64,000 bases of DNA from Blasia pusilla (lineage: Eukaryota): assembly GCA_050084515.1 (NCBI GenBank), contig CM114271.1:25234001-25298000 (forward strand), read 5' to 3'. A program made the position numbers and the translations under genes. Positions 1-13,369 of this stretch are shown here, in pieces; within the stretch, counting starts at the first letter, position 1, and every line of letters starts with the position of its first letter. Below the pieces are notes generated by a model. The model searched no databases. It was not told the DNA's origin and was given only the letters and a program-made list of their open reading frames with translations.

Positions 1-1315
1 GAGAATTTTATGGATTCCAGATTTAATGTAACGTATTTCTCTTACTTACTTTATCGCTGCGCGTGCCTTGGTGTTCCGGAAACTCCACAGGAATAATAAA
101 CCCATTAGAGATACAAAGGAGGGGGGAGACCATAAACTCGGAGGCCGCCTTAAACCGGCCCTGAGGAGAGTAGATCTGCTTCGTATGCTCGACTGGTATT
201 TCGGTGAGGACTTCCGTCCCAGACGTGGATGCGATTCACGTGGTAGATTTGATTGTGTTTTGCCTCCTTACTTTGGAGGTGTTTCTCAAATATGTTCTGA
301 ATCGGTGTTTAACACGTTGCACATGTGAGAGCTTGGCTCAGTGGCGGGTGAGTACTTGCTCGTGTATTTGGAGGTGTTCCACATGCCATGCAAACCAGTA
401 CTTTACACATTGTACTTGATCCGATTCGGACATCGAGTGAGTACTTGCAGGCTTCTCTATCACATGTCCTGTCGCTTCAGACTTCAGACATTGTACTTAT
501 CAGTACTGTACCTAAAAGAGTGAGGACTTACATGTTCCGAGATGTGTTTCGGTATTCACTCAATCTGTACATCACACGCTTTCGAAGTGGACGTACTTAA
601 TCTAGTCCCAGTTAATTGGCAATTTTCGAGGTAATGTTAGGGCTTCTGTCGATTTGTCGCAGGCTCTTCCAGTACTTCCCATTGCTTTTATGAAATGTAG
701 CCCTGAGAGTCAAGCTAGATTCACAGTGCCGACATATAATTCTTGAAAGATCTGGCATGAGATGTTGGACAGAGTCACCACAGATTATGCCCATTGAAAA
801 TGTGGCAATGAGTTTCACAGATTTCCATCCCTTCACACACTCTGAAGATGTTGCAATAAGCTAGAGAATGATTAATGATGTTCTGTAGTGCAAGGTGATT
901 CACCGCATGGTCAAGGTTTCCATGGAGAACCTTTGAATCGGTGATGTTGAGAGCAAGCCTTTATCGAGAACTACACCTTTTATATTAAATGTTTCGCAAG
1001 CCATATGGTTCAAGCCGAAGAAAATCTGATCTTCATCAACTGACTATTCTCCAGAAAATGATATTAGTAGCCCAATTGTGAAAGTGTATTGCAATTCATG
1101 CATAAGCCCATTGACATCACTTCCATAGGATCTGACAAAAGTTTCAAGCAAGTTCAGAAAGAAAAAATCATCAACCTTGACTAAGTAATATGTAATGAGC
1201 CTAACCGTGATGTATCTTGTGAGTCAGCCATAAGCCCTCGAATAACATATTTTCAAAAGATTTGATGCATTTGCATGGCCAACTTCTAGTTAGGATGTGC
1301 ATACCAATCCATTAC

Positions 1316-4300
1316 CTACGTCCTGCTCTCATTCAAGATGGTCCTAACCTGTTCTGTCAGAGAGGGATGATCCCCAGCCTTTTTCAGAGATCTTGCTTCA
1401 CTTAATCCTTCCGCAAAAATCTCCCCAAGTTGCCATCTAGGTCGAAGGTCAAGCTGCCATTGTAAGAAATTCACCAGAGAACTCTCATTAGGGTCCAGAG
1501 ATCAAGAGAGGCATAGCAGTGTCTACCAAGTCCTAAAATAGAAAACCCTGTGAAATATTATAAATGGCTCATGAAACTTCTGCAAACCTATCCCACTTGG
1601 AACACCCTGGAACTGCATCAATGTCTCTCCCTCTCACTCATGCTGAACAGGGCTTGGGGTCTATGGTCACAAGGCTATAACTTAATGAATCCAGCCCCTC
1701 AAGCATGCGGAACAGTGAAGGTTGGTATGAGACCCAAATGTGGAGTGAATCCACAGGGAGACGAGCAGGGCTTGCCAACCTGCAATTGCTAATGCAGGTC
1801 CAGGTAACGGATCACCATCTCTACCCTAAAGCTTGCTAGTAAGGACCACTTGACCCACAGGAGGCCAGTCAGGCAGGCCAAAATCTTGGATCAAACTGGC
1901 CCAAGAGATTGTCAATGGAATTGCCTGAACTATTGAGAGTGCGAGGAGAGTCTTCCTACTGTACTACCCTACCGGGAGAACTCTCGCAGCAGCAATGCAC
2001 TGAGAAAGCGATAAAACAGTCGCACCTATCTCAGTTGAATATATAACCTTGATGAGTAAAACTCAACAACTATTGGCCAGAGATTCTTTCTTAGGGAACT
2101 TGACCCAAATTCAAGTTGGCACATGATTCCTTGTTAAGGAACTCGGTTCAAATTCAAGTTGGGGACAGGGGAAGCTTTCTAAAACCAAAAAAGAAAAGGA
2201 TCCAATAACTAATGGCCAGGGCTTCTTTCTTTGGGAACTTGGCTCAAATTCAAGTTGGTGCATGATTCCTTGTTATGGATCTTAGTTCAAATTCAAGTTG
2301 GGGACAGGGGCAGCTTTCTCAAACCAAAGAGGAAAAGGATGCGAGCATAATTGAAGTCCTGTGCAGTGAGGATTTGGGGATGAAGCTTCCACTACTATTT
2401 TACTAATTTTACAATTTTTTTGGCAGAAGGAGAGACAAACTATGCTGAAATTGCTGAGTTGGTTACCACCAGAGCTGTTAGTCATGCTCGGTAACCTGAA
2501 TGCACTGCCCAACTGGCTGCACTGCTATGTAATGTAATTTGGGATAAAAAATGACATAATGAAAGTAGTGCTGTAAGGAGTTTCTCGACTGGTCTGTCCA
2601 CACTAACAGGATGCATGATAAAAACTCCACAATATGGGATTCTCCCTCCTCTCATACAATCCTTTTTTAACTTACTCCACCTTCTGCACCCCATCCCAGT
2701 CACTAGCATCATCCAACCAGTGCGCACAAGGCTAAAACAGGCACTCTTCGACACTAGATAATGTCAAGCTCGAGGCTATGACAGTCACTACATTAAAGAT
2801 ACAGTCGGGTCTCAAGTACGGAAACTAGCACCATAAAATCTGGGCACAGTGTCTATGGTTGTGAAAGTAGGACAGGCCCTACTGGATGACTAGAGTCTGG
2901 ATAATGTTTAGTCCCTGATCCAGATAACTAACACTCCAGATTAATGTTTCATTGTATATGTTTTTGCAGGGCACATGGACAAGAGAAGGTGCAGAATACC
3001 CGAATATCGTCGGACTCATCAACTGGGGGTGGGTCCTCAAACATCCCCAGTCTGAAGTGCTCTATGCCAGCCCATGCAACCATTACTCCTGTGAATCCAC
3101 AAGATTCAGCAAAAAGCCAACTCTGAGTTTCCTGTTCGATAAAAAATAATCCTGCCTGAGAATAGCAACGATGGAAATGCAGGGAAAATTCTACTGATGA
3201 ATGACTAGACCAGGAACCTTTCATCCATAGAGAACCGACAAGAAAATATCCATGGATGGAAAAACGGACAGGAAATTCCGGAAATGGGAAAAAAACCAAA
3301 AAAAGTCCAAGGAAATTTTCCTGCACATGAAAAAAAAAACATAAACAAATCTAGCACCAGGAAAAAGAGATATGGCACTCATAGTGATCAAGTTCACATC
3401 CTTGAGAGCTAACACTGATATTATTCTAGTTTGTACCTGAGATGTAAGCAAGAGGAATTAAAAGTACTGTGTATTAGAAATGTCTGTTCTTTCCGATACA
3501 TAGCCAGCCCAGTCCTCGCAAGTATGAACTATCATTAAGCTCTTGCCAAAAAAGGAAATTCTGATGCTGCTACTGCTTTGAACAGTCAGAGGTGGGCAGT
3601 AACATGAATAAGATGGAAAGAATGAACAGACCATTGTCCGTGCACAATCGTGGTGGTGGGCAAACAAGCTGAAGGCCAAGATCGGTAGCAAGTACACCAA
3701 GCTTCCCTCGAACTGTTTGATTGGATGCAACACCTCCTGAAACCACCTACATTGCACACTTGCAAAAGTAAGAAAATAAGTGATAGGCTCCTTTGCTTTA
3801 GCATTATGGACCACAGGAATAAAATGAAGAAGGAATCGGATGCTCACAAGGCAGGTCAACGATGGTGCCAATTTGCGACCCCATTCAACTGCTCTGCGAC
3901 ATTTTTCCTCCAAATGTCGGACTGCAACCATCTGAAGGAAAAGAACAAAATAACATCAAAATGGGATGGCAGTATTCTACGCAACATTCCTTGCTTCACT
4001 CTCAGATATATGGAAAGTATGAAGACCTCTACTTGCAACATAAGGGAAAAAGCATCCAAAACAGAAAGAGGGTTGTGAAAAGCCCATAAAGAAAGAAACA
4101 AGGGGCACTCAAGCTCAGGGAGTCGAGCACTAGCATGGTTACAATAAGCCAAGAATGACCTCATTCTCAAATCTAAAATTGCAAAATCCCAAAATAATGT
4201 CAGCTGAACAGAAGAAGACACCCAATAGTCATTTCTCTCTGAAGGACTTTCACTTTAACCGGGAGCATGTCAGTCTATTTGAGGGGATGAAACTTTCAAA

Positions 4301-7300
4301 TTCCGTTCTCAAAATGGAAACTTTCATGAGGCGTTGGGAGATATGATAATTTCCTACTTGGAAAGAAGCAGCAATATCTGCACGAAGCTGTCGATCTTCA
4401 GTGCTTGCAGCTGCTAATGGCACAGCATCCCCATCACTGAATAATCACAACACAGCTATCAGATTGAATTCTCCAGATCATTTTTAATAGTTCCCGGGGC
4501 TCATGATTTGGTGCAGCTGAAGGCAGAAAGAGGTGGATGCAAACAATGAACTATGAACTCCTCTTGTGCCTACATTTACGCATACATACTCTAGTTTTAC
4601 TGGAGCATTTTATGTATGAAGTCGGTCTTAAAGGCATCTAAGACATGCTGTTGCAAGAGTAGATTTTTATCACTTCTGGGACAAGGGTGAATGAGGAAAG
4701 GACTTAAGGGGTGCAAGGACAACAGAGAAGGTATTTTTCTCTTCATGACATTCTAAATTGAAGGACCCTCTTGCTATAAACCCTGAACCCTTAGTGCAGA
4801 AAAAAAATGAAGAGCCAGAGAGTGCTTCTGCTTAGGGTTACACAAGATACCAAACACACCCTGATACCTAAGGAATGTAATATAGATTATGGCTAATGTC
4901 AGTGATCATCCACTCTGCAACCCAGGCAAGTCAAACAAATCAGAATACAAGAACTGGCACAGCTGCACATCTGTAGGGTTCATGTTCAATCAATATAGTA
5001 AACCCATCAAACCAGGTACCCTAAAGCAGCTGAAGACTCACATGTTTCTTGACTCAATAGCCATCCGCACTTGGTTTTTCAACCCTGCATAAGAGAAGTT
5101 GCAATCTTTGTATTTGACACCACTCATTGGCACCTGTAAAAATGCTCACAAGAATTCAGTAATGCACGCATGTACGATAATATATCCTTATTGATCAAGA
5201 ATTTGGGACCATTCAACTACCAATAAAACTACCGGTGCTGAAGCAACATTAGTGACGATAAATGGAGGAGGGATATGTCTTCATACAATCATTATTACTG
5301 TTTACAATGGGTAAACCTAGCCAAAAAAATCACCTTCTTCCTTCATTTTCTACTTTCAACACCTTCTTACCGAGAATTTAATAGCTTTGGCGTCACCTTC
5401 AAGTGCAAGCTCTTCCAGAGCAGGACCCCCTCCTCTTCTCAAGTCAAGCCCCAACAACCTTGCTGTTTTGTCGTATGCCTGGATATTGACACCTTGCCAC
5501 GATAAATAACAAAGTCACAATGATTGAAACACCCAAGTAAAGCAGGTACTTTGTGAGGAATCTAGTTACTCTCCAACCACGATCCCAAAAAAAAAGCACT
5601 GCTCTTAGCAGCTGGTAGATAAAGGAAAAGGAGCCGACACACAACACACCATTGTCTTCCCTCCTCAATTTCTTCATTCCAGATTTTTTTTCATGACTGC
5701 CAGACAAGTGCAAGTCTTACAAAACAGTCATCCTTAGGGTTTCTCCTGAACCTTGAGGATCCATTGGACAAATTGCCACTCAACTGCCATTACCTCTCCT
5801 ATAGCATCATCGATAGTTGTGCCCAGTTGCACATATTGCCCAACATTTTGCGCTAACAATAAAAGATTGTGTCCTCCTGAGCCCAGTAAACACTACCACA
5901 TTAAAAACCTGGTCAATGATGCATACTGTGGCAGTGCATTTTCAAGTTTACTTAAGTACTATAATAAAGCAATTCCAAAACTGCGCAGTGTCTTTGGGTA
6001 CTACTAACTTCCATGGCTTCTGGCTGCATGCTCTTCCTTGATCTGACCTGTCTAGGTAGTTTTCCACTCACATGGTCCTCTTTAGTCTAAATAAATGAGA
6101 AGTCCCTCCATATATCTGCATTCCCAAAGTTCTTGTGCATATATGCACTGGGGAAGAGAGTGGCATTAAGTCAGTCCTCACACTAATGTTGAAACCTCGA
6201 AACTCGACTCTGTACGCTTCGTCGTGCACAGGTACAACAATGATGGTAAGCAATCAAGCCGCCACTCAGAACACCTATAGCTTGCTGATCAACCCTAAAT
6301 TTCTTAACTTGTTAAAGGTGAGATGGCCAAAATCCTTTATCACCTGCACTTTGTCAAATAAGAATTGTCACAAGCTTCCAAATTCCATGCAAGGTTGACA
6401 AATTTCATGTCATATTAAGAGCTGGATCATAACCTAGTAAACCCTTACCAGAAACAAGGAGGACCAAAAACGGAAACTGCACTTGTTGCTCTGTGAGTCT
6501 ACAAAATACCAAACCAGAAATCATCGAACTCTGTCAGCCTGCCTGTGCGCACTAATACCACACCTGAAAAATCATGGTGAGTTAAATAGATTTGGGTTTC
6601 ACATAGTACAAAGTTCTGAGGCATCCTTATAGGTATAGTCGAGAATCCTTCCACCACACACGTATCTCCTGTGAAATATATGAAGTGGGTCCTAAATCGT
6701 TACGTCATCAACTTTCCTTCAGTAAATTTAACAAGGAGAAAACCCTGCAGTTCACAACAAACCTATCCTCCACTCCAGTTTCTCAAATTAACTTCTACAA
6801 ATCCAATCAGTTACATGCAAGCCTTTAAATTATACACACCTGACAACCAAAGCATGAGCCTCCATGTGATGAACCCCAACCATTGGCAATCTATGAGTCC
6901 TAGCAATTTCGCGGGCCTTCCTTACGCCAACTGCACTAAATCCAGGTAAAAGTTAGAAAACACTAGAACTGATGTACACTCTAACACACAAAACTACACT
7001 AGTAGACATCTTGCTCAGTTTACCTCTCATGTCGCTAGGTGTAGACCTACACTGTATGTCTTTCAAAAACTATTTGTGTTAAGGCATTGCCAGAAGTATG
7101 AGAGCAAGACCTGTTCTTACCGCGCAAACAAAGGCTCAAACCAGGCCCAATTGTGACAGCTACAGCAGAGAGATCTCTCTCTTTGACTCCAGCATTTTCA
7201 AGGGCATCTGCCACCACCTACTCATCTTTCCAACACAACAAGTTTGATGCACTGAGCTGGATTGAAAGCAGAACCAGCAAAACAGATGGCAAATGCAAGC

Positions 7301-9320
7301 CAGAAGTACATCCTAAACTAACACTGCAATCGCAACATCCTTAATAGATTTCAATGAACAAGTTATTTAAATGGGAAGAGAGAGATATAAAAGTGGTCCC
7401 AGGAAAGAAAGAAGACAGCCAGAAAGGAATGGAAGGAGAACCGCTGAGGTACGAGTCGAAGAGATTTCTAGGAAACTGTAGCATCCAATGAGAAGATTCT
7501 AAAACCTCCATAGAGGTTACATGCAGTAAGGAATATGTGAAAGACCTAATTCAAACCCTAAATTGGAGGAAAAAGCCAGAAGGAAACCATCCATGGCCAG
7601 CTAAATGGTGGGACACAGCATATGTTATATGTAGATTGACATATCTGCAAGCCGAATAATAAGCTAATACCAGAGTTCTCCCTGTGAATTCATTGTCTTT
7701 TGAAAGTGGTAATTGGCGTAAGTCTGCACTAAGGCTGTAGAGGCCGAGCATGTGAAATATACATTAAACCCCTGAACTGAGGGATAAAAACCTGAGAACA
7801 AAAAAAATTTTTGGTACTGTCCATAACCTGCTAACCAACTGACAACTGATCATTTTCCTAGATGTAAGACATACATCTAGGAAAATGATCAAAATCCCTG
7901 GTAAGAAGCTTAAACTATGACATTCCCAGTGACTTCCTCAAGTCACAGATGGTAGTGTCCATTAGTGCTTAAACCTCACCAGCATACTAAGTTCTGTGAC
8001 AAGAAGTAGAACTAACAGTTTATCAAAACATGAAATTCCAATTTTCTCTCTGGCTTCTTGATTTTGAGAAGAGTCCACAATTAACACACCTTGTCAATGA
8101 ACCTCTGGTGCTCTTCCTGTGCAAGTTTGGGTACCACACCACCCCATTTTGCTAGCAGTTCTGCCTTACCACAATCACAGCCACCATCACACCACACGTC
8201 AGCTCAATCATGGACACTTATTTGTTAGTACACAATATCTACACGACTCACTGATACAACTGGAGAAATTGACTTTCATTTTCTAGACCATGGGAAGGTT
8301 ATTGGTTTTTTCCTTATGAGACTCCTTGTACTAGTGTGCAGTTCAGCATCACATCCATCGAGCAACTTCTACGACCAGTTTTTAAGCTTTTAGGCTTTGA
8401 CTTCCCATGAATGAGATTTGTTTCAGTGAAAGTTCTCCTCAAGTATTCACCGAGGAGCACAGCCAAAATTCCCACGCAAGTTAGGCACAACTGAGAGACA
8501 AACACACCTGCGGAGAACCACAGAAACGAGGAACTGAAGGACTGAGTTTCTAGACAGCAACTCATGACTTGAGAGACATCACAGACCTCTCGATTGCTCA
8601 TGCAGAGCAATTCCTAAACTTTACGCACCTGCGAAGCAATGGCTTCACCAAGAATTCTCCCGTCTGTTGAAACCTGAGCAAAGACCAATGTTCATCAGGC
8701 ACTGTATCATACAATAATTCTAAGGCTGCAAGTAGCAACGACATCTTCAGCCAGACAAGAATGCTGGAGACCAATTTCACCCTGCTGACTCTACGACTCA
8801 TAACAAATTCATATGCGCAATATATCAAAGGTCAGTTCCATAACCCTCCCGGATTCCCGTGGAACATAAACCAATTCATTCAGTCATGATGCGATACTGT
8901 AACTGGCATGGAGGAGCAGAGGAGATTGCACGGCTCAAAGCTTACCACGGCTGCTCCTGTGTCATCACAACTAGTCTCAATTCCCAACACGAGCGTCTCC
9001 ACCACAGTTCTACTCTGCCCATACTCAACTGCTGGAACTTCTCGGCTAAGAGCAACATCACGCATTGATGTGACATCTGCTTTTGCAACCCGAGGACCCC
9101 CTTGCTCGGCGGCTTGCTCAAGAACTGAGCAAACGTGGAACCTGCACAAACTCTTGGCTGCATTCTTCCTACCAAACACGCCATGAAACCCCGCAAGGTC
9201 ACGCCCAAGAGCGGCGGGCGTCGAAGAAAAGCACGACCTCGCAGCTCGACACCTAAGAAGGCGACCGAACACCAACGCAGGAGCTGGAGCCGGCATTCGA
9301 ATTGTCGTCAAACCTGCCAT
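1316..9320 (-). CDS. GCP1: tRNA N6-adenosine threonylcarbamoyltransferase, organellar (TsaD/Qri7/GCP1 family), 14 exons
   Basis: GT-AG exons at about 9320-8946 (transit-like N-terminus, [15 protein letters not shown]), 8673-8629 ([15 protein letters not shown]), 8164-8090 ([13 protein letters not shown]), 7217-7121 ([14 protein letters not shown]), 6930-6839 (metal-binding HHMEAH), 6498-6448 ([10 protein letters not shown]), 5877-5794 (GGHN...[11 protein letters not shown]), 5478-5370 ([18 protein letters not shown]), 5133-5042 (CNFSYAGLK), 4437-4358 (DIAASFQ), 3931-3848, 3746-3632 (VVSGGVASN...LCTDNG), 3089-2999 (VMVAWAGIE) and 1453-1316 ([11 protein letters not shown]...stop TAG). Confidence 0.93.
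2067..2340. repeat. Tandem duplication of a ~137-bp unit (2 copies) in the last GCP1 intron
   Basis: ggccag..ttctttctt.gggaactt..caaattcaagttgg..catgattccttgtta...ttcaaattcaagttggggacagggg occurs at about 2074-2200 and again at about 2214-2340. Each unit also repeats caaattcaagttgg internally. Confidence 0.85.
7847..7891. repeat. Perfect 20-bp inverted repeat (5-nt loop) in a GCP1 intron
   Basis: tgatcattttcctagatgta-agaca-tacatctaggaaaatgatca. Confidence 0.95.
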
Positions 9321-12300
9321 CTTCTTCCTCCTGCTCACAGCGCTGAACCACCGAATCACCGCGATTAGTCCTCAGTGTGCGCACACCAGGTAAATCATCC
9401 CCTCATGCCTCTTTGGATAGGAAGGAGAGCCACACATGCTCGAGGCGCTCAGTCTACGATGAACCCTAAACAAGACCAGCATCAGTGGGCCATCTGGAGC
9501 AATTTGGAGCACTAGCCGAAGTAGATGGACGGGTACTCGGTCCCAAATTCGCTCCCCGCGGAATCTACGGGACACTTTGTTGAGGACGGCAGTGGAATCC
9601 TAAAATTGAGTGTTCGATTTCGAGGGAACACTACTCCATCTCGGAACGAATGGCAGCACCGCGGTCCTTTCAAAGATCAATCTCCCCTCCGAATAATTAT
9701 CACCCTCCACAGAAAACAATGTGATGGACCCGGTTCTCGCGCTCCAGACTTCCGTCGTCCTCTTGAGTGCATGAACTCGCGCGGACCTGCTACAATTTTC
9801 AGTCCGCGAAGTCGCAGCAAATCCTCCAGATCTCTTTCATTCAATGTTCCGTCCGTCTCCACGTCTTCTTTCTTCTATTTCCTTCCTGCCTCCCGGGAAG
9901 GGACGATGGGAAAAAGATGAGAGAATGATGAGGGGATTTTTCTTTCTTTCATAATGTGAAATCCATATTACTAGTAAGGTGCAGTGGATTCACGTCTACG
10001 AAGATATAATAAGAAGAGAAAATTTTCAATGAAATTTTATAAGGTGTTTTTTTCATTTGAAAATTTATTTATTTTTGAATTAATTGTATTTTTGTTTAGA
10101 CAAAAATGCACTTATTTAAGAATTTTATCGGATAGATATACCTCATTTTTTCATTTGGAATGGAATCAGCATTAAGGTATGTACGTTCATGCATAAAACA
10201 AACATATGTTAAGCCGAAGATGATTTTAGTTTTGATGCCTAATATAATTGAAGAACTTGTGAGGAGGATCACATGAAGGGTATTTGAAAACTAATATTAC
10301 CTCTCCATAGAATCGAAACATGACTTCTGCATTGAAGTCATCAACATCTCGATTTTTCGGTGTAAGAATTGTTGTATCTCTTAAAAAGTTGATGTCACAA
10401 AAATTTTCATAATCATTTCCATAGATAACCTCAATAAGATCACTTATTTTCTTACTCTTGGTCACCATATCATTAGGCAATCGTATAAACTCCTCTCCCA
10501 AGTGATATTCCACAAGCACACGACCCTCTCCAACCTCTAATAACCAATCTGCAAAAGCTTGTTGTTGTACACGCATGTTCACTTCCAAATTTTAAACTCT
10601 CATATTCATCGTAAGCTTTATTACCCGCACATGAGATCATAAAGTTGACCATTTTAATGTAGCTTGAATAATTCTTTGAAAGTCTCGATGACGAAAAATA
10701 GGCAAGACTTGGCGAAAAATCCCACCAAAGATTATTAATTTGCCACCAAACAGAACATTCCTCAAGTCTTCCGATACCATTCCCATGATATCTTTAAGGG
10801 ATTGATTTAGAGCCTCAAATGCATGGCGATGAGTTATAGGTGCCTCATCCCATATGATAAGCTAAGCCCTTTGAATAAAGCGTGCAACTTCACTATTAAT
10901 CGGTAAATTACAAATAAACAGTCAAAGATATTAGTATTTTGGGCGAGATATCTCTTTACCATATTAAAAGAGTTGCAAATTTATTAAATTTTTCAGATTT
11001 ACTTGCAAGTAGAATTTTCATCTATATTGATTGGAATCTTGAATCATGAATGCATCCTGCGTCCTCCATTTAACAACAAAGCAGCTATCCCCCATGAAGC
11101 AAAAACTAAAGCTATGCCTCCAACACCTCGCACACTTGCAAGAAGAAAATTGTATAAGAAAGTTTTTCCAATACCGCCAGGGCCATCAATGAAGACAAAT
11201 TTTGAACTAGAAGTATTATCATCGGCAATGATGGTGTCGAGTTTATCGTGTATAGCATCCCAAATCAACAGTTATTCATCATTCAAAGTTTCCTCTCCTA
11301 ACCTAGCTTGTTCAAGTAAGTCATTTTGATCATATTGAAGCTCTTCCAAATACAAATGTAAAGATGAAGCTTGAAAATTCGCTTGAGGCATACATGGAAA
11401 ATCAGATAATCGTTTCCCTTGATCTTGCAAATAGTAGTGGACTTCCAAGAATGCAGTGTTAATAATTAAAGGATATGGGGCAAGATCAGGAATATCCATT
11501 TTTTGTATAAAGGCAACGATTTTAACGATAAGTTTAGAAGCAAAAGCAAGAAATAAGAATTGATATCATGGAAGTAGGAATAGGAATTACCTCACATCGT
11601 TCATATAAGATATCCTCTATGAGTGGGATCAAAAATTGACTCCATAGTTGAATGGTTTGAGTTGGTGTGTTGTAAGCAAGTATAATAGCAAAGAGTCGAC
11701 GGAGCGTACGACCAATGCAGATTTTCAATGCTTCTTCAAAGCATGAGAACGCTTCCTTGTCATCCTCTAGAAGCCCCATTTGAATAGCAACCTCCTTAAA
11801 CATTGGATAGATCACTCCGTACACAGTTCTCAAGTATTCATACGTAGTTGTGCCTCGAATGTGATGAAGTAGCAATCGCAACCAATGTTGTTCTCTTTCA
11901 CCTATCAAAACATGAATGTGTTTGCTTAATAAACCAAACATTGCAATGATCAAGAGGATTCATGAAATTTTAAGTAATTTGTAAATACATTCTTGAAATT
12001 ATAAACAGATTTACCTAGGTGAGTAAGATATAAGCAACCAATTGGATTACCCCAACCATTTATCCTTTGAATTCTACGAATCCATTTTTTTTGCTCCAAC
12101 GATAATAGGAAGGAAACTCGATATATAGATATTTTTTAGCCTCCAAATCTAAAGGATTAGTTGCAAGCCATTGTGTAAGAGTTGTCTACCTATTCCTTTG
12201 TAGCATCTCCTCGAGATTGTCATGATCATTGAAGAAAATGGTTTGTAACTCTGAGAGATGAATTGTTAATCTTACAATACTTGCTGATCTTACAATACTT

Positions 12301-13369
12301 GGATGTTCCGTATGTAAGCTAAATTTGAACAATCACCAACATGCTTCAGAAGAAGAGATATATCTACATATCATATACAATAATGAGGATAAACATAAAT
12401 TAGTAAGGTATCGTATTTTCTCGAATGCATGGACATGTTGAAGGAAGAAAAAGAAGAAGAAGACTAAAAGAGACATTATCTTGTATCAAGATAATGTGAT
12501 ATTTCATCGGTTACCTCCCTTGTTGTTTCAATAGTTGCACCATCTGGAATCTTAAATGATATCGCATCAAATCCCTTATATACGTATTTATATCAATATT
12601 TCACAACATAAATGGTATTCGTGATCTCCAAATTGATATGAGAATCAAGAGAGTTCATAAGAAAGAATTGTAAGGAACAACCCAATGATTGTCCAAACTT
12701 TGGTCACGATTCATAACCTTAATTCCATTATTGTTGCAACCTGTATCATAAGAAGGGAAAAATATTAACAAATATATACTGTAATAAATTAAAAGATTTT
12801 GATTTTTTTGCAAGGAGCGTGATTATCTAAAGATGCAAACTTATGTCATAGATTGCATACCTTTGATAAATTGGATATCCGTCCTCCCTCTCCGTAGTTA
12901 TGTTTGGATTAAGTTGTCCACATGGGTCATGAACCATGCAATTAGCTACAATAGAATGAAGTCTAGGATGCGTGTTTGGATTAGGGATCTCAGCTGATAT
13001 TATATCATCTTAATCGGATGTAGAGCTTGGTTTATCCTCTTGACGAAGAATAATTAAAATATGTACATGTGGTAAATCTATTTTTGGGAATTCAACCACA
13101 TGAATGCAACTTATAATCCTACCCAAGATTTTCCTCTCCATAAGAAGCCTTAACAACTCTCTTTTTTTTCCTCAAAAAACTCGCACAATCAAATCTGATC
13201 TATCAATAGGTTGTTGACCAAGTAATAGTGCAGATGTGATCTCCTCCCATTTAGTATTGCACGTCATTGTAAGAAAGTAATATGGTTTTCCGAGTTGCCT
13301 GACAATGGCCATTGGGTCTTGATAAAGTTGATGCATGTGTCGTGGACCCCATCTAAAAGAAGACGCAAT

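Noticed and set aside
1-600. Segment with recurrent GTACTT motifs and a purine tract
   Set aside because: Looks repeat-derived but is truncated by the window edge. Spacing is irregular, so it is not CRISPR-like, and it cannot be classified.
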